Of a stretch of DNA of 21,097 nt, positions 1 through 8,429 are shown piece after piece (position 1 is the first letter of the stretch; the number at the start of each line of letters is the position of its first letter). The position numbers and the translations under genes are program-made. The stretch covers positions 1-21,097 of the forward strand of contig JALNLM010000018.1 of the NCBI GenBank assembly GCA_023254095.1, in the 5' to 3' direction. A model generated the notes under the pieces. The model saw only the letters and a program-made list of their open reading frames with translations. It did no database searches and was not told the origin of the DNA. The DNA comes from Candidatus Geocrenenecus huangii (lineage in GTDB: Archaea > Thermoproteota > Nitrososphaeria_A > Caldarchaeales > Wolframiiraptoraceae).

Positions 1-189
1 ATAGATAGAGACCTCCAAGTGATCGCCTTAGACTACTTCCCATCATTTAGAAGAAGATCTATTAGAAGACCTAGCGTAGAAGAAATGCTCAATGTTAAGA
101 AGAAGCTCGAAGATAGAGGTTTAAGAACGGTGATTGTACAGACGAGTATAGGTCATTTCGGCCCATCCCAGAGCTCTAGAACATATTAA
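1..189 (+). CDS. 3' end (partial) of a radical SAM protein, pyruvate-formate-lyase activating enzyme-like archaeal family
   Basis: Frame 1 is open from the window edge to TAA at 187-189 and reads IDRDLQVIALDYFPSFRRRSIRRPSVEEMLNVKKKLEDRGLRTVIVQTSIGHFGP..., resembling the C-terminus of archaeal PflA-like radical SAM proteins. The CxxxCxxC motif lies outside the window. Confidence 0.6.
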   Translation: MDRDLQVIALDYFPSFRRRSIRRPSVEEMLNVKKKLEDRGLRTVIVQTSIGHFGPSQSSRTY

Positions 190-283
190 CTAAGAATGAA
201 GATGAGAAATATCCTTTTGGATAAGTGTTCGATTATTTTGCTAAGTGTCTACTAAGGGGAGAATCTAAGAGTATGCTTTATAA

Positions 284-1039
284 CTACATTAGGTCGCCGC
301 ATTCACATAATGCTTCATGTATTATGGTATAGAGGTCGCTCATCCCTTCTCCCGTCTTCGCAGAGATCTTCACAATTCTAATACTCTTAGAGAATTCTTT
401 TAGAAGCTGAATGTATCTTGATGCAAGGTCTCCAATGAGTCCAGATTCTTCTCTAGCTATCTCCTGCCCTAGCGTCGATGTATCCTCGAGGAATTTTTCT
501 ACTTTATAGATTTCAGGCATATCGGACTTATTGATTACAGATACTGTAGGCACTCTTAATCGTAATCTTGTTATCAATGGGAGTGTTAGAGAGATCGCTA
601 ACCCACTTGAGCTTGAAGCTATGGCAGGGTCCATTATGTAGACTGAGACTGTTGGAGAATACCTCGAAACATCTTCTATTAATCTCGGACCCATAGACCT
701 GAATAGGAAGAGCTCCAATTGACCAGGCGTATCTATCAAGATGAAATCACTGCTTAGCGAGTTTATCTCATTGCAAATTACGCCTAAGTTTTCCTCAATT
801 ATCTCAGCCGCTCTAATCATGCCTCCATTCGGCCCCAACCCTTCCTCCATTAATTTCTCAACCGTTACTATCTCTCTTACATCGTATGAGGGTTTGTAGG
901 GCGTGGTATAGACGCCGGGGTCCATATTAATGTACGAGATGCTTGCATCTAGTTCTTCCTTCAACCATTCTCCGAAAGCGTATGTTAGACTTGTTTTTCC
1001 GCATCCCGCTGTTCCGAGGAATACTATCTTGAACATCAT
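284..1039 (-). CDS. GPN-loop GTPase (PAB0955-like ATP/GTP-binding protein)
   Basis: Walker A GTAGCGKT, NMDPG, the GLGPNG loop, DTPGQ, NKSD, SAKTGEG and a C-terminal CECGDL. Start is placed at the ATG ATG pair (1039/1036) just downstream of GGAG rather than at 1069. Confidence 0.93.
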   Translation of the reverse strand: MMFKIVFLGTAGCGKTSLTYAFGEWLKEELDASISYINMDPGVYTTPYKPSYDVREIVTVEKLMEEGLGPNGGMIRAAEIIEENLGVICNEINSLSSDFILIDTPGQLELFLFRSMGPRLIEDVSRYSPTVSVYIMDPAIASSSSGLAISLTLPLITRLRLRVPTVSVINKSDMPEIYKVEKFLEDTSTLGQEIAREESGLIGDLASRYIQLLKEFSKSIRIVKISAKTGEGMSDLYTIIHEALCECGDLM

Positions 1040-1116
1040 TCTCCAACTCTTTAATTTAGGTTGCAGCATTTAAGTAAATTCGTTTAATGTTTATTTGGGT
1101 GATTTATCTTGGTTTG

Positions 1117-1180
1117 ATATGTGATGGATGTGGCCGTATCTGACCTTTTGGGGATGAGGATAGCGGGCTTGACTGATGTA
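1117..1180 (+). ncRNA. Candidate archaeal C/D box 2'-O-methylation guide sRNA
   Basis: C-like box GTGATGG (1121-1127), a 12-nt guide, D' box CTGA (1140-1143), short CC-TTTT-GG hairpin, C' box ATGAGGA (1154-1160), a 12-nt guide and D box CTGA (1173-1176). It is intergenic, with AT-rich TATA-like sequence at about 1083-1096. Confidence 0.65.
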
Positions 1181-1238
1181 TGAAGATTGAGAACATATCA
1201 AGTAGGCGATTAATCTTAAAGATATAACGTGGAGATCG

Positions 1239-2504
1239 TTATTCTCTTCTTAATGCTTCCACGGGAGTGTATTTAGCCGCCCTCCATGCTGGGATCAATC
1301 CTGCAAGTATTCCCACTATGAAAGCTAAGCCTATGGCTGTAAGTAGTAGCTCGGGGGTTATTCTAGGCGTATATGCTATGTTTAATGCTGAGAAACCCAT
1401 CTGACCTCTAATATTGGATATTCCTCCTTGAGCTTCCTGCTCTGGTGATGATGGTTGTGCAAGTATGTATGCTCCAGCTGCTCCCACTACTGCACCTATT
1501 ATCCCCCCTATTAAACCTATTAATGCCGCTTCCATCAAGAACGATAATAGGACGTCTCTTGTCTTGAACCCTAACGCTTTAAGTAAGCCTATCTCTCTTA
1601 TCCTCTCTGTTACCGCTGTAAACATCGTCGCCATTATCGCTAGGAACGCGACAATCAAAGACATAGAGGCCATAGATGCTAAAAAGATGGTAAGAGTCCC
1701 CGAGATTGTTTGAACCGTCTGGAGGACAGCTTTAGTTGAGATGACTATTACTTCTCCGCCATATCTTTCGCTTAACCTGGTTTCAATGTAATCTATCAAC
1801 GATGAGTCCTCAGCTATAACGAATATTCCTGTATAGCTTCTTCCTCCAATAAGCTTCTTCCCAGCTTCTCTTGATACAAATATTAATAGATCCGGGTTGT
1901 AGAAGAATGATTGCCCATAGTAATCTAATATACCTTGAACAACCACTGAGTGAGATTTCGATTCACCTGCAGGATTATGCCTTATGATTGTTATAGCATC
2001 TCCGACATATATTCTGGGTAGGTCTTTGCTATCCGGTACAGCTACTTTCGACCCTATCAGTGCAACGTTATCCCCACCTAGAGGCATTAATCCTTCTTTC
2101 AGCTTAGCTCCAGGAAATATCTTATCGATATCTCTAAAATCTAATGCAAGGACTGAGTATGTCTCCGCAGGGTTAAGCTCAACCGTCATCCCCTTTGCTT
2201 TTGCTTGCCCCGTACTCATAGCATAGAAAGGTATAGCGTACTTCACACCTTGAATCCTAGAGATGTCTTCAACCATTTTATCGGTTATATCTATGTTGCT
2301 TCTGGCACTTCTCCATACAAAGATCTTCTCTGCTCCGAGATTCCTCAAGCTATCGATTATGGATTCGCTTATACCTTCCGTAGAGGCTATTACGGCGACA
2401 TAGGCCGCGGGGCCAACTACCATTCCGAGTATTGTAAGTACGGTTCTAAGTTTTCTATCTTTTAAAGCTGAGAAGGCTAACAGGACAACGTCAAGTAATC
2501 TCAA
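1239..2504 (-). CDS. ABC transporter permease, MacB/FtsX (LolE-like) family
   Basis: N-terminal RKLRTVLTILGMVVG TM segment, a large extracytoplasmic domain, VTERIREIGLLKALG, and C-terminal GLIPAWRAAKYTPVEALR. The TTG start overlaps the end of the upstream gene. Confidence 0.92.
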   Translation of the reverse strand: MRLLDVVLLAFSALKDRKLRTVLTILGMVVGPAAYVAVIASTEGISESIIDSLRNLGAEKIFVWRSARSNIDITDKMVEDISRIQGVKYAIPFYAMSTGQAKAKGMTVELNPAETYSVLALDFRDIDKIFPGAKLKEGLMPLGGDNVALIGSKVAVPDSKDLPRIYVGDAITIIRHNPAGESKSHSVVVQGILDYYGQSFFYNPDLLIFVSREAGKKLIGGRSYTGIFVIAEDSSLIDYIETRLSERYGGEVIVISTKAVLQTVQTISGTLTIFLASMASMSLIVAFLAIMATMFTAVTERIREIGLLKALGFKTRDVLLSFLMEAALIGLIGGIIGAVVGAAGAYILAQPSSPEQEAQGGISNIRGQMGFSALNIAYTPRITPELLLTAIGLAFIVGILAGLIPAWRAAKYTPVEALRRE

Positions 2505-4506
2505 CCTTCTTCTTCCTCCTTCTTAGGGCCACGTAGGTTATGACTCCTAAGGCGACCATTGCGAGCACCACTAGCAATACTTGCTGGTTAGCTAGAGCAA
2601 ATGATTGCTCGCTGGGTTTTGGCGATGATGTGCTTTCTGGAGGCTTCTCCCCAACATTGATATCAAGGTACCCGGAAGCTTCGATCTTGTCGCCGTAGGA
2701 ATTTTCCGCTTCGACGACTACTTTCACGTTGTAGGTCCCAGGCTTGGCATTATCTGATACTCGGAGTGATAAGGTGAAGGAAGATGTAGAGTATGGGGAT
2801 ACGTCGCCTATATAGTATGTTGAGTATTGAGTCGGTGTTAATGGTTCTTCGAGAATAAGCTTAACGTTTGTTAGCCTTGCTGTTGTCGTCCCACTGTTCA
2901 AAACTTCTCCTAAAATATCTACTAACCCTCCAGGATACGTCTTTGATACACCTAGTTGAAGTTGCCTAAAAGATAGTTTAATCAATCCCTTAACTATGAG
3001 AGGCAGTGATAAGCTATCTGTCCTCGGCTGACCATATGGATCCCTATATGAGATCGTTATGCTACCTTCATATACTGTCTCATCAGCTTTGGGTGATACA
3101 AGTAGCTCTAGAGGAATTCTTACTTCTTCGCCAGGCTTCATCTCATGGATGTAAGCATTCTGTTCTCCAGCAATGATTACCGCCGGTAAGCCTTTCAGAG
3201 AGATGAGAGTCTTTACTTCAGTTACTGGACCATCATAAAGATTCTTCAAGACTATATTTATCTTCGAAGACCTGGAAGTTATTAGAGGTTCACCTTCAAC
3301 AAACGATGTTAATCCTACTTCTGGTGTACGACGTACGTACACACCTATACCTCTTACCTCGGATTTCTGAACCCCAGAAGAATCTAGATAATTTATTGTA
3401 AGAGTTAATGCGTAGGAGCCTTCAGGCAAGGTCGGTGGAGCGAATATCAATGGTTTAAAAGTCACTGATTGACCCGGGGTGAGGATGTTTACCTCCTTTG
3501 TGATCTCTGATAAGATTATCAATCCCCCTTCTGCGGTGACTCGAGACTTTACAGAATATATAGGTGCGCTACCCTTGTTCTTGATAACTATCTCGGCGTT
3601 TTCTAGAGAGCCTGCAGAGATAAGCATTCCCTGTAAGTTTACGTCGAGGTCTCCAGATCCACTCACTTTTACTGGTACCTGGATTTCCTGGCTTACTTCT
3701 TTAAGCCATCGGTTATAATATCTTAGAGAAAGGCTTAGTGTATGTACTCCAATTAAAGCATCTTCAGCAATGTTTAGACCGAATTTTAGCGAGAAGACTT
3801 GACCTCCTAGCACTTGTCCGGTATAGAATGATTCAGCTATCCTTCCACCAGTTAGATTTGTAAAGGATCTTGATAGGTATAGTATTCCTTTAATGTTCGA
3901 GGCGGAATAATATCTTGGGAGGTATAATGTTAATGTGAGGAATTTAGCATAATCCCCTGGTCCAGCATATGTTGGTAAACCATCTTGTGTGACCCAGTTT
4001 GAATCAATTACTTTTATCTCGGGGTAATCCCAAACTTTTAGCTTTATGCTGGCCCTAGTTGAAAGCTCTGGATAATCGGGATCCTCGCAATCCATGTAAG
4101 TGAAGTACACGTTCACATCGTAGTATCCAGGCTTAGCTTCTGGAATCACAGATACATCGAATTCTATGCTTCTTACTTCTCCTACACGTATGTATCCTTC
4201 ATGGTAGCCCAGGATTGTTGTTCTCCCATCTTTATCTCTAAATGGATATGGGATGTTTTTATCCTTCTCAAATATCGTTGCTTTTAGACCGCATATTGTT
4301 GTATCATCGTTATTCTTTATGATTAGCGTGAGCTTAGCGTTATCGTCGCCAGGTATCACCGCCCATTCCTCTCCTGCCCTCCCCCAATAGTAGTCGAGGA
4401 TCTCTATTCCTTTACTAGCTCTCACCGTATCGAGGGCTGGGGATTGCATAACTATCATAGAAGCGATGAGCAGTATCATTAAGAGATGCCTACTCTTCAA
4501 CTTCAT
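2491..4506 (-). CDS. COG1361-type S-layer-like / multi-Ig-domain cell-surface protein with signal peptide and C-terminal membrane anchor
   Basis: N-terminal signal peptide, repeated beta-rich modules (e.g. IKNKGSAP, PGTYNVKVVVE), an S/P-rich linker, and a C-terminal TM helix followed by RRRKKK. It sits between an ABC ATPase and a MacB-type permease, a typical archaeal arrangement. Confidence 0.75.
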   Translation of the reverse strand: MKLKSRHLLMILLIASMIVMQSPALDTVRASKGIEILDYYWGRAGEEWAVIPGDDNAKLTLIIKNNDDTTICGLKATIFEKDKNIPYPFRDKDGRTTILGYHEGYIRVGEVRSIEFDVSVIPEAKPGYYDVNVYFTYMDCEDPDYPELSTRASIKLKVWDYPEIKVIDSNWVTQDGLPTYAGPGDYAKFLTLTLYLPRYYSASNIKGILYLSRSFTNLTGGRIAESFYTGQVLGGQVFSLKFGLNIAEDALIGVHTLSLSLRYYNRWLKEVSQEIQVPVKVSGSGDLDVNLQGMLISAGSLENAEIVIKNKGSAPIYSVKSRVTAEGGLIILSEITKEVNILTPGQSVTFKPLIFAPPTLPEGSYALTLTINYLDSSGVQKSEVRGIGVYVRRTPEVGLTSFVEGEPLITSRSSKINIVLKNLYDGPVTEVKTLISLKGLPAVIIAGEQNAYIHEMKPGEEVRIPLELLVSPKADETVYEGSITISYRDPYGQPRTDSLSLPLIVKGLIKLSFRQLQLGVSKTYPGGLVDILGEVLNSGTTTARLTNVKLILEEPLTPTQYSTYYIGDVSPYSTSSFTLSLRVSDNAKPGTYNVKVVVEAENSYGDKIEASGYLDINVGEKPPESTSSPKPSEQSFALANQQVLLVVLAMVALGVITYVALRRRKKKVEIT

Positions 4507-5198
4507 GTGTTTATCACCTCTTTTTCTATTAACCCGTCCCTCAAATAGATTATTCTTCTAGCACAGCTGGCCATCTCCATATTATGTGTAACCATGACTA
4601 TGGTTCTACCCTTAGAGTTTAAGTCGCGGAATAACTCTGCAATGATCTTCGAATTCGCAGAGTCAAGGTTTCCAGTAGGCTCATCCGCAAGAATTATCTT
4701 CGGGTCGCTTACTAACGCTCTAGCAATAGCTACACGTTGCTGCTCTCCCCCACTCAATTGTGTAGGTTTCTTGAACGCTTTATCTTTTAGCCCAACTTCT
4801 TCAAGAGCCTTCAATGCCTTTATCCTCCTCTCCTGCGGCGACACACCTCTAACAATTAATGGAAGCTCTACATTCCTCAATACAGGTATTCTAGCTAGAA
4901 GATTGTAAGTTTGGAATATGAATCCTATCTTCTTGTTTCGAAGTTCTGCTAAACCATCATCGGACAGCCTGGTAATGTCTATTCCATCTATTAAGACCCT
5001 GCCGCTTGTCGGCCTATCAAGTGCACCGATCATATTAAGTAGCGTTGATTTCCCACTACCCGAAGGCCCCACTATCGCTAAGAATTCTCCGTTCATTACT
5101 TTTAGATTTACCCCTCTCAGTGCAGATGTAGGTATACCGTTTGCGTAATAGGTCTTCTTTAAATCTATCAATTCTATTACAGGCATCTCACCACTCAT
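4503..5198 (-). CDS. ABC transporter ATP-binding protein (LolD/MacB-like)
   Basis: [35 protein letters not shown] and VTHN motifs; ATGA overlaps with both neighbouring genes. Confidence 0.95.
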   Translation of the reverse strand: MSGEMPVIELIDLKKTYYANGIPTSALRGVNLKVMNGEFLAIVGPSGSGKSTLLNMIGALDRPTSGRVLIDGIDITRLSDDGLAELRNKKIGFIFQTYNLLARIPVLRNVELPLIVRGVSPQERRIKALKALEEVGLKDKAFKKPTQLSGGEQQRVAIARALVSDPKIILADEPTGNLDSANSKIIAELFRDLNSKGRTIVMVTHNMEMASCARRIIYLRDGLIEKEVINT

Positions 5199-5764
5199 GA
5201 GAACATCACCTGTACGGCTTCTTCTTTTAATTCATCTGCAAACTTTTTCTCTAAAGGCCTCGGATAAAAGAATGTATAATGTATTAGCCCATTCAGCGTT
5301 ATCATGAAGAGCGTCGCTCTAATCTCACTTCTAGCTATGCCCGCATGCCTGAGTATACTCGCAATCTTATTTCTAATTTTCTCATATGATTCTTTAATAA
5401 AATCGTATCTATTGTTTTCTGCGAGGGCTCTACAAATCTCCGAGACGAATTCTAAGGAGCTCGGCTTATCCGTATTCATCTGAGCGTACTGTATCGTAAG
5501 GTCAACTAGCTGCCGAATCTTCTCTTTATCTTCGTCAGATGATGATAGAATCTGGTCCACTTTCTGCTCAATTGTTGCTAGGATATTCTTCATTACTGCT
5601 TCTGCCAGATCAATCTTTGAATTAAAGTAATGAAAGATAGCACCTTTAGAAACTCCTGCCCTCAACGCTATATCTTCTATCGATGATTTAGAGTAAGATT
5701 GTTCAGAGAATAATTCTATCGCTGCCTTTATTATAGCTTCCCTAGTGGTGGATGAACGTATCAT
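5195..5764 (-). CDS. TetR/AcrR family transcriptional regulator
   Basis: N-terminal HTH TREAIIKAAIELFSEQSYSKSSIEDIALRAGVSKGAIFHYFNSK. Start is placed at ATG 5764, about 27 nt downstream of a TATA box, not at the track's 5806. Confidence 0.92.
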   Translation of the reverse strand: MIRSSTTREAIIKAAIELFSEQSYSKSSIEDIALRAGVSKGAIFHYFNSKIDLAEAVMKNILATIEQKVDQILSSSDEDKEKIRQLVDLTIQYAQMNTDKPSSLEFVSEICRALAENNRYDFIKESYEKIRNKIASILRHAGIARSEIRATLFMITLNGLIHYTFFYPRPLEKKFADELKEEAVQVMFS

Positions 5765-5771
5765 ACCATAT

Positions 5772-5785
5772 ACCGACTGGTCGGT
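5772..5785. promoter_or_regulatory. Palindromic operator, probable TetR autoregulatory site
   Basis: Perfect inverted repeat ACCGAC-TG-GTCGGT lying between the TATA box and the tetR start codon. Confidence 0.7.
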
Positions 5786-5789
5786 CCAC

Positions 5790-5799
5790 CTTATATATC
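5790..5799 (-). promoter_or_regulatory. TATA box of the tetR-ABC operon
   Basis: Minus strand reads GATATATAAG about 27-35 nt upstream of ATG 5764, consistent with a leaderless archaeal transcript. Confidence 0.6.
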
Positions 5800-5913
5800 T
5801 TGACAAACCAACACAAAACGAAGATAAGAAGGTAAAAATAAAGAATTAATACTACCTTTGAAGAAGGAAACCTTATTCTAAAATGAGGAGATAATGTTGT
5901 AAGGGTTTGACAC

Positions 5914-6495
5914 TTGAGTGTAGAGTTAGAGCACTTACGGAAGATGGTTGAAGAATGTAGAAAATGTCCATTATGGAGGAATAGAAATAAGCCTGTATTC
6001 GGTGAAGGCCCACCTGATGCAAAGATAATGCTGATAGGCCTAGGACCAGGATATAATGAAGACCGTGAGGGGAGACCATTCGTAGGAGCTGCTGGAAAAT
6101 TCCTCAACAAGCTACTCGAGTCGTCGGGCTTGAAAAGAGAAGAAGTATACATAACGAACGTCGTTAAATGTTATCTTCCAGAGAATAGGGCTACGGATGA
6201 AGAAGTTAAAGCCTGTACACCCTACCTAGACAAACAGATAGAGCTAATAGATCCAGAATACATTATTGGGCTGGGAAACACCGCCGCCGAATACCTTTCA
6301 AAAAAGTATGGATTCGATTTCACATCCATGGAGAGAATACATGGAGTTACATTTAAGATCTCGACAATATCTAAGGAAGTTAAGATAACGGTGATGTATC
6401 ATCCAGCAGCAGGGCTGAGAAATCCACCTCTTAGAAAGATCATTGAAGAAGATTGGGGAAAGCTCCGTGGATTACTAGGTAGTAGAATTATTTAG
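5914..6495 (+). CDS. udg: Uracil-DNA glycosylase, family 4 ([4Fe-4S] type)
   Basis: CRKCPL, PVFGEG, motif A GLGPGYNEDREGRPFVG, TNVVKC...C and motif B YHPAA; four cluster-ligating cysteines are present. Confidence 0.92.
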   Translation: MSVELEHLRKMVEECRKCPLWRNRNKPVFGEGPPDAKIMLIGLGPGYNEDREGRPFVGAAGKFLNKLLESSGLKREEVYITNVVKCYLPENRATDEEVKACTPYLDKQIELIDPEYIIGLGNTAAEYLSKKYGFDFTSMERIHGVTFKISTISKEVKITVMYHPAAGLRNPPLRKIIEEDWGKLRGLLGSRII

Positions 6496-6559
6496 AGTAA
6501 AAAGGTATGCTCCTGGCATATGTTGTCTGCGATCTTTCACTCTCTAGTTTTCTTCTTAC

Positions 6560-6802
6560 CTCTTAAGTCTCGAGAAAAATTACAAGCAACCCATGAATAT
6601 CTTAACTCCAAAATTGTATTCTTCCATTAACATGTTTTACAAGTAAGTTATATTCTCTACTGTGAAGCATTGCACATTTGACCTCGAGCTCTTTCTACTC
6701 TCATTAGAACTATATCGAGACTAGCTTGGTTATTAATTTGTTTCTCTCACGACCTAACCTCAGCCTATACTTCCATAATTCTTCTTATTAATAGTCCTCC
6801 AT
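6560..6802 (-). pseudogene. Possible decayed small gene, weakly resembling a minimal nucleotidyltransferase (MNT)
   Basis: TTTAAA (6829-6834), GGAGGGT and ATG at 6802 are followed by immediate stops. Fragments in different frames read KLVSI / IVL...ARG / SREYNLLV, echoing the MNT pattern hhLFGSxARG...SDxDhhV. The 3' limit is uncertain. Confidence 0.25.
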
Positions 6803-6981
6803 ACCCTCCGCCAACAGATGCATAGAGGTTTAAATTACTATATAATGATAAAGAAATTATTTTTCTCTAGATCTGACGATATTCTTTCTCTATCTTCCCT
6901 GCTCACGTTAAAACTATAATTTTGAGATTTATAGAGTTCACGAATAGACGTAAAAGCGTGTTGGTATTCAAAGCGTTTCGG

Positions 6982-7284
6982 GGGCGTGCGGCGGTAGCCC
7001 TCCTTCTGTATTTAGGCGGGATTCGTCTTGTCGGTTCTTCAGGGTTCTCTCCGAAGGCAGGATCATAGAGCCCTGACCTTTCCCCACGTGGGACGCCCGT
7101 TTCAGCCACTCTCCATCTACTCGATCAGCAGCTTACCACCTGCATCATCTTCATTGTAGGTGGAGGGGTCTCGTTTCTGATGCGTTGCCCGGGGTCTCCC
7201 CCGACGCCTCACGGCGCCACGTGCCTTCATCTGGGGGAGGAACTTCCTCGGGAGTTCCCCCGTGACCCGCCCCGCCGCTCGCCC
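6982..7284 (-). ncRNA. rnpB: RNase P RNA, archaeal type A
   Basis: GC-rich island. On the minus strand: P1 GGGCGAGCGGCGG/CCGCCGCACGCCC, P2 GGCGGG/CCCGCC, CR-I GAGGAAGTTCC, P7 CACGTGG/CCACGTG, P8 GCC-GTGA-GGC, P9 CGGGG-GAGA-CCCCG, CAGAAAC and TGAAAC, P6 GAAGGC/GCCTTC, P16 CAGGG/CCCTG, and CR-V ACAGAAGGAGGGCTA. Confidence 0.96.
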
Positions 7285-7433
7285 AATCTATATCCCTACA
7301 CACCATGATTAAAATTTTAATGTACTTATTCATGTTATCATTCTTACCTAGTAGGTTGTGAAGTCATTCTTCGAGATTACCTTAAATTTAACAGTTGATT
7401 CTTGAGCGTAGAAATTGTAAATCTGGCTGGTTT

Positions 7434-8339
7434 CTATCGAGCGAATATTTTCCTGTAGGGTTCTACTACGTCTTTAACGAAGTCGTTGATCCCTTCTATT
7501 GTTTTGCTATGTGTTAACATTTCCTTCAATACGTAGAATGGCACGGTAACGATATCTACGCCTATCTCCGCCATCTCTCTTACTTGCCTAGCATTCCTAA
7601 TACTTGAAGCAATAACTTGGGATTTGAAACCATAATTCCTAAAAATGGTTACTATAGATTTTACGAGCTCGACGCCACTAGATATCCCGTTGTCATTTAG
7701 TTTGGATACGGCATCTTTTACTTCATTGTCTAAGTATACTTCTTTAGGCGAGCTGATGTTTTTCGAGGAAAGCGTCTTCTCGATCATTAAGGATTCAACG
7801 TTCTTCATTAAATTGAAGTTGTAGTACTCTGATTTCTGATAATCTCTGCCTCTCCTCATCCCAATCTTATCTCTAATATAGTCGTCTATCCTTCCCGCGA
7901 ACGGGCTCACATACATTGCTCCCGCCTTAGCTGCAAGGATTGCTTGTTCTGGAGACATTACGAGCGTAGCGTTTACAGGTATACTCTCGCCTGCAAGTTT
8001 CCTGATAGTTTTCAGGCCATCATATAAGTTATTTACACCATCTAGACTCGAGCAGACAGGTATCTTGATAACTACATTTCCATGCTTCCTAAACCTACTA
8101 TGTAGTAGCCTAGCTTCTTCAACCATCTTCTCGAACTCCACACTAATAACCTCTAAACTAACAGGTCCCGGAGTCAATTCAAGTATCTTCTCAATATATT
8201 CTTCCATGTTTACTGAGCCGCTTCTTTTCTCAACAGCCTGTTTAATAAGAGACGGGTTTGTGGTAACTCCGTCGATAACCCCTGCAGAGACAGCAAAACT
8301 AATCTCATCGATATCAGCCGTATCGAGGAAGATCTTCAT
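7434..8339 (-). CDS. tal: Transaldolase (TalC/MipB-type fold) with an approximately 64-aa insertion
   Basis: MKIFLDTAD, GVTTNPSLI, SLEV (Glu), VVIKIP (Schiff-base Lys), NATLV, YVSPFAGRIDD (Phe) and ASSIR. The Glu/Phe pair favours transaldolase over fructose-6-phosphate aldolase (Gln/Tyr). Start is placed at ATG 8339. Confidence 0.9.
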   Translation of the reverse strand: MKIFLDTADIDEISFAVSAGVIDGVTTNPSLIKQAVEKRSGSVNMEEYIEKILELTPGPVSLEVISVEFEKMVEEARLLHSRFRKHGNVVIKIPVCSSLDGVNNLYDGLKTIRKLAGESIPVNATLVMSPEQAILAAKAGAMYVSPFAGRIDDYIRDKIGMRRGRDYQKSEYYNFNLMKNVESLMIEKTLSSKNISSPKEVYLDNEVKDAVSKLNDNGISSGVELVKSIVTIFRNYGFKSQVIASSIRNARQVREMAEIGVDIVTVPFYVLKEMLTHSKTIEGINDFVKDVVEPYRKIFAR

Positions 8340-8429
8340 GCAATATAACGGTATTAACTCCAATTTAAGAATATCTTTATGGATAGCGTGTTATCCGCCT
8401 ATCAATCAAACTTTTGCTTAACCTTTCAG

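Noticed and set aside
210-223. Hairpin TATCC-TTTT-GGATA between convergent genes as a terminator
   Set aside because: Only a 5-bp stem; archaeal termination does not need hairpins and chance occurrence is likely.
1465-5148. Plus-strand ORFs at 1465, 1984, 2205, 3479, 4594 and 4918
   Set aside because: Antisense shadows of well-supported minus-strand genes.
5742-6152. Minus-strand ORFs 5742-6152 and 5873-6079
   Set aside because: Antisense to udg and crossing promoter DNA; no recognisable motifs.
6903-7333. ORFs 6903-7109 and 7151-7333 on the minus strand
   Set aside because: They overlap the GC-rich RNase P RNA gene; these are spurious open frames with no protein-like features.
7689-7880. 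Intein or intron as the explanation for the transaldolase insertion
   Set aside because: Too short, no Cys/Ser start or His-Asn end, and the frame is continuous.
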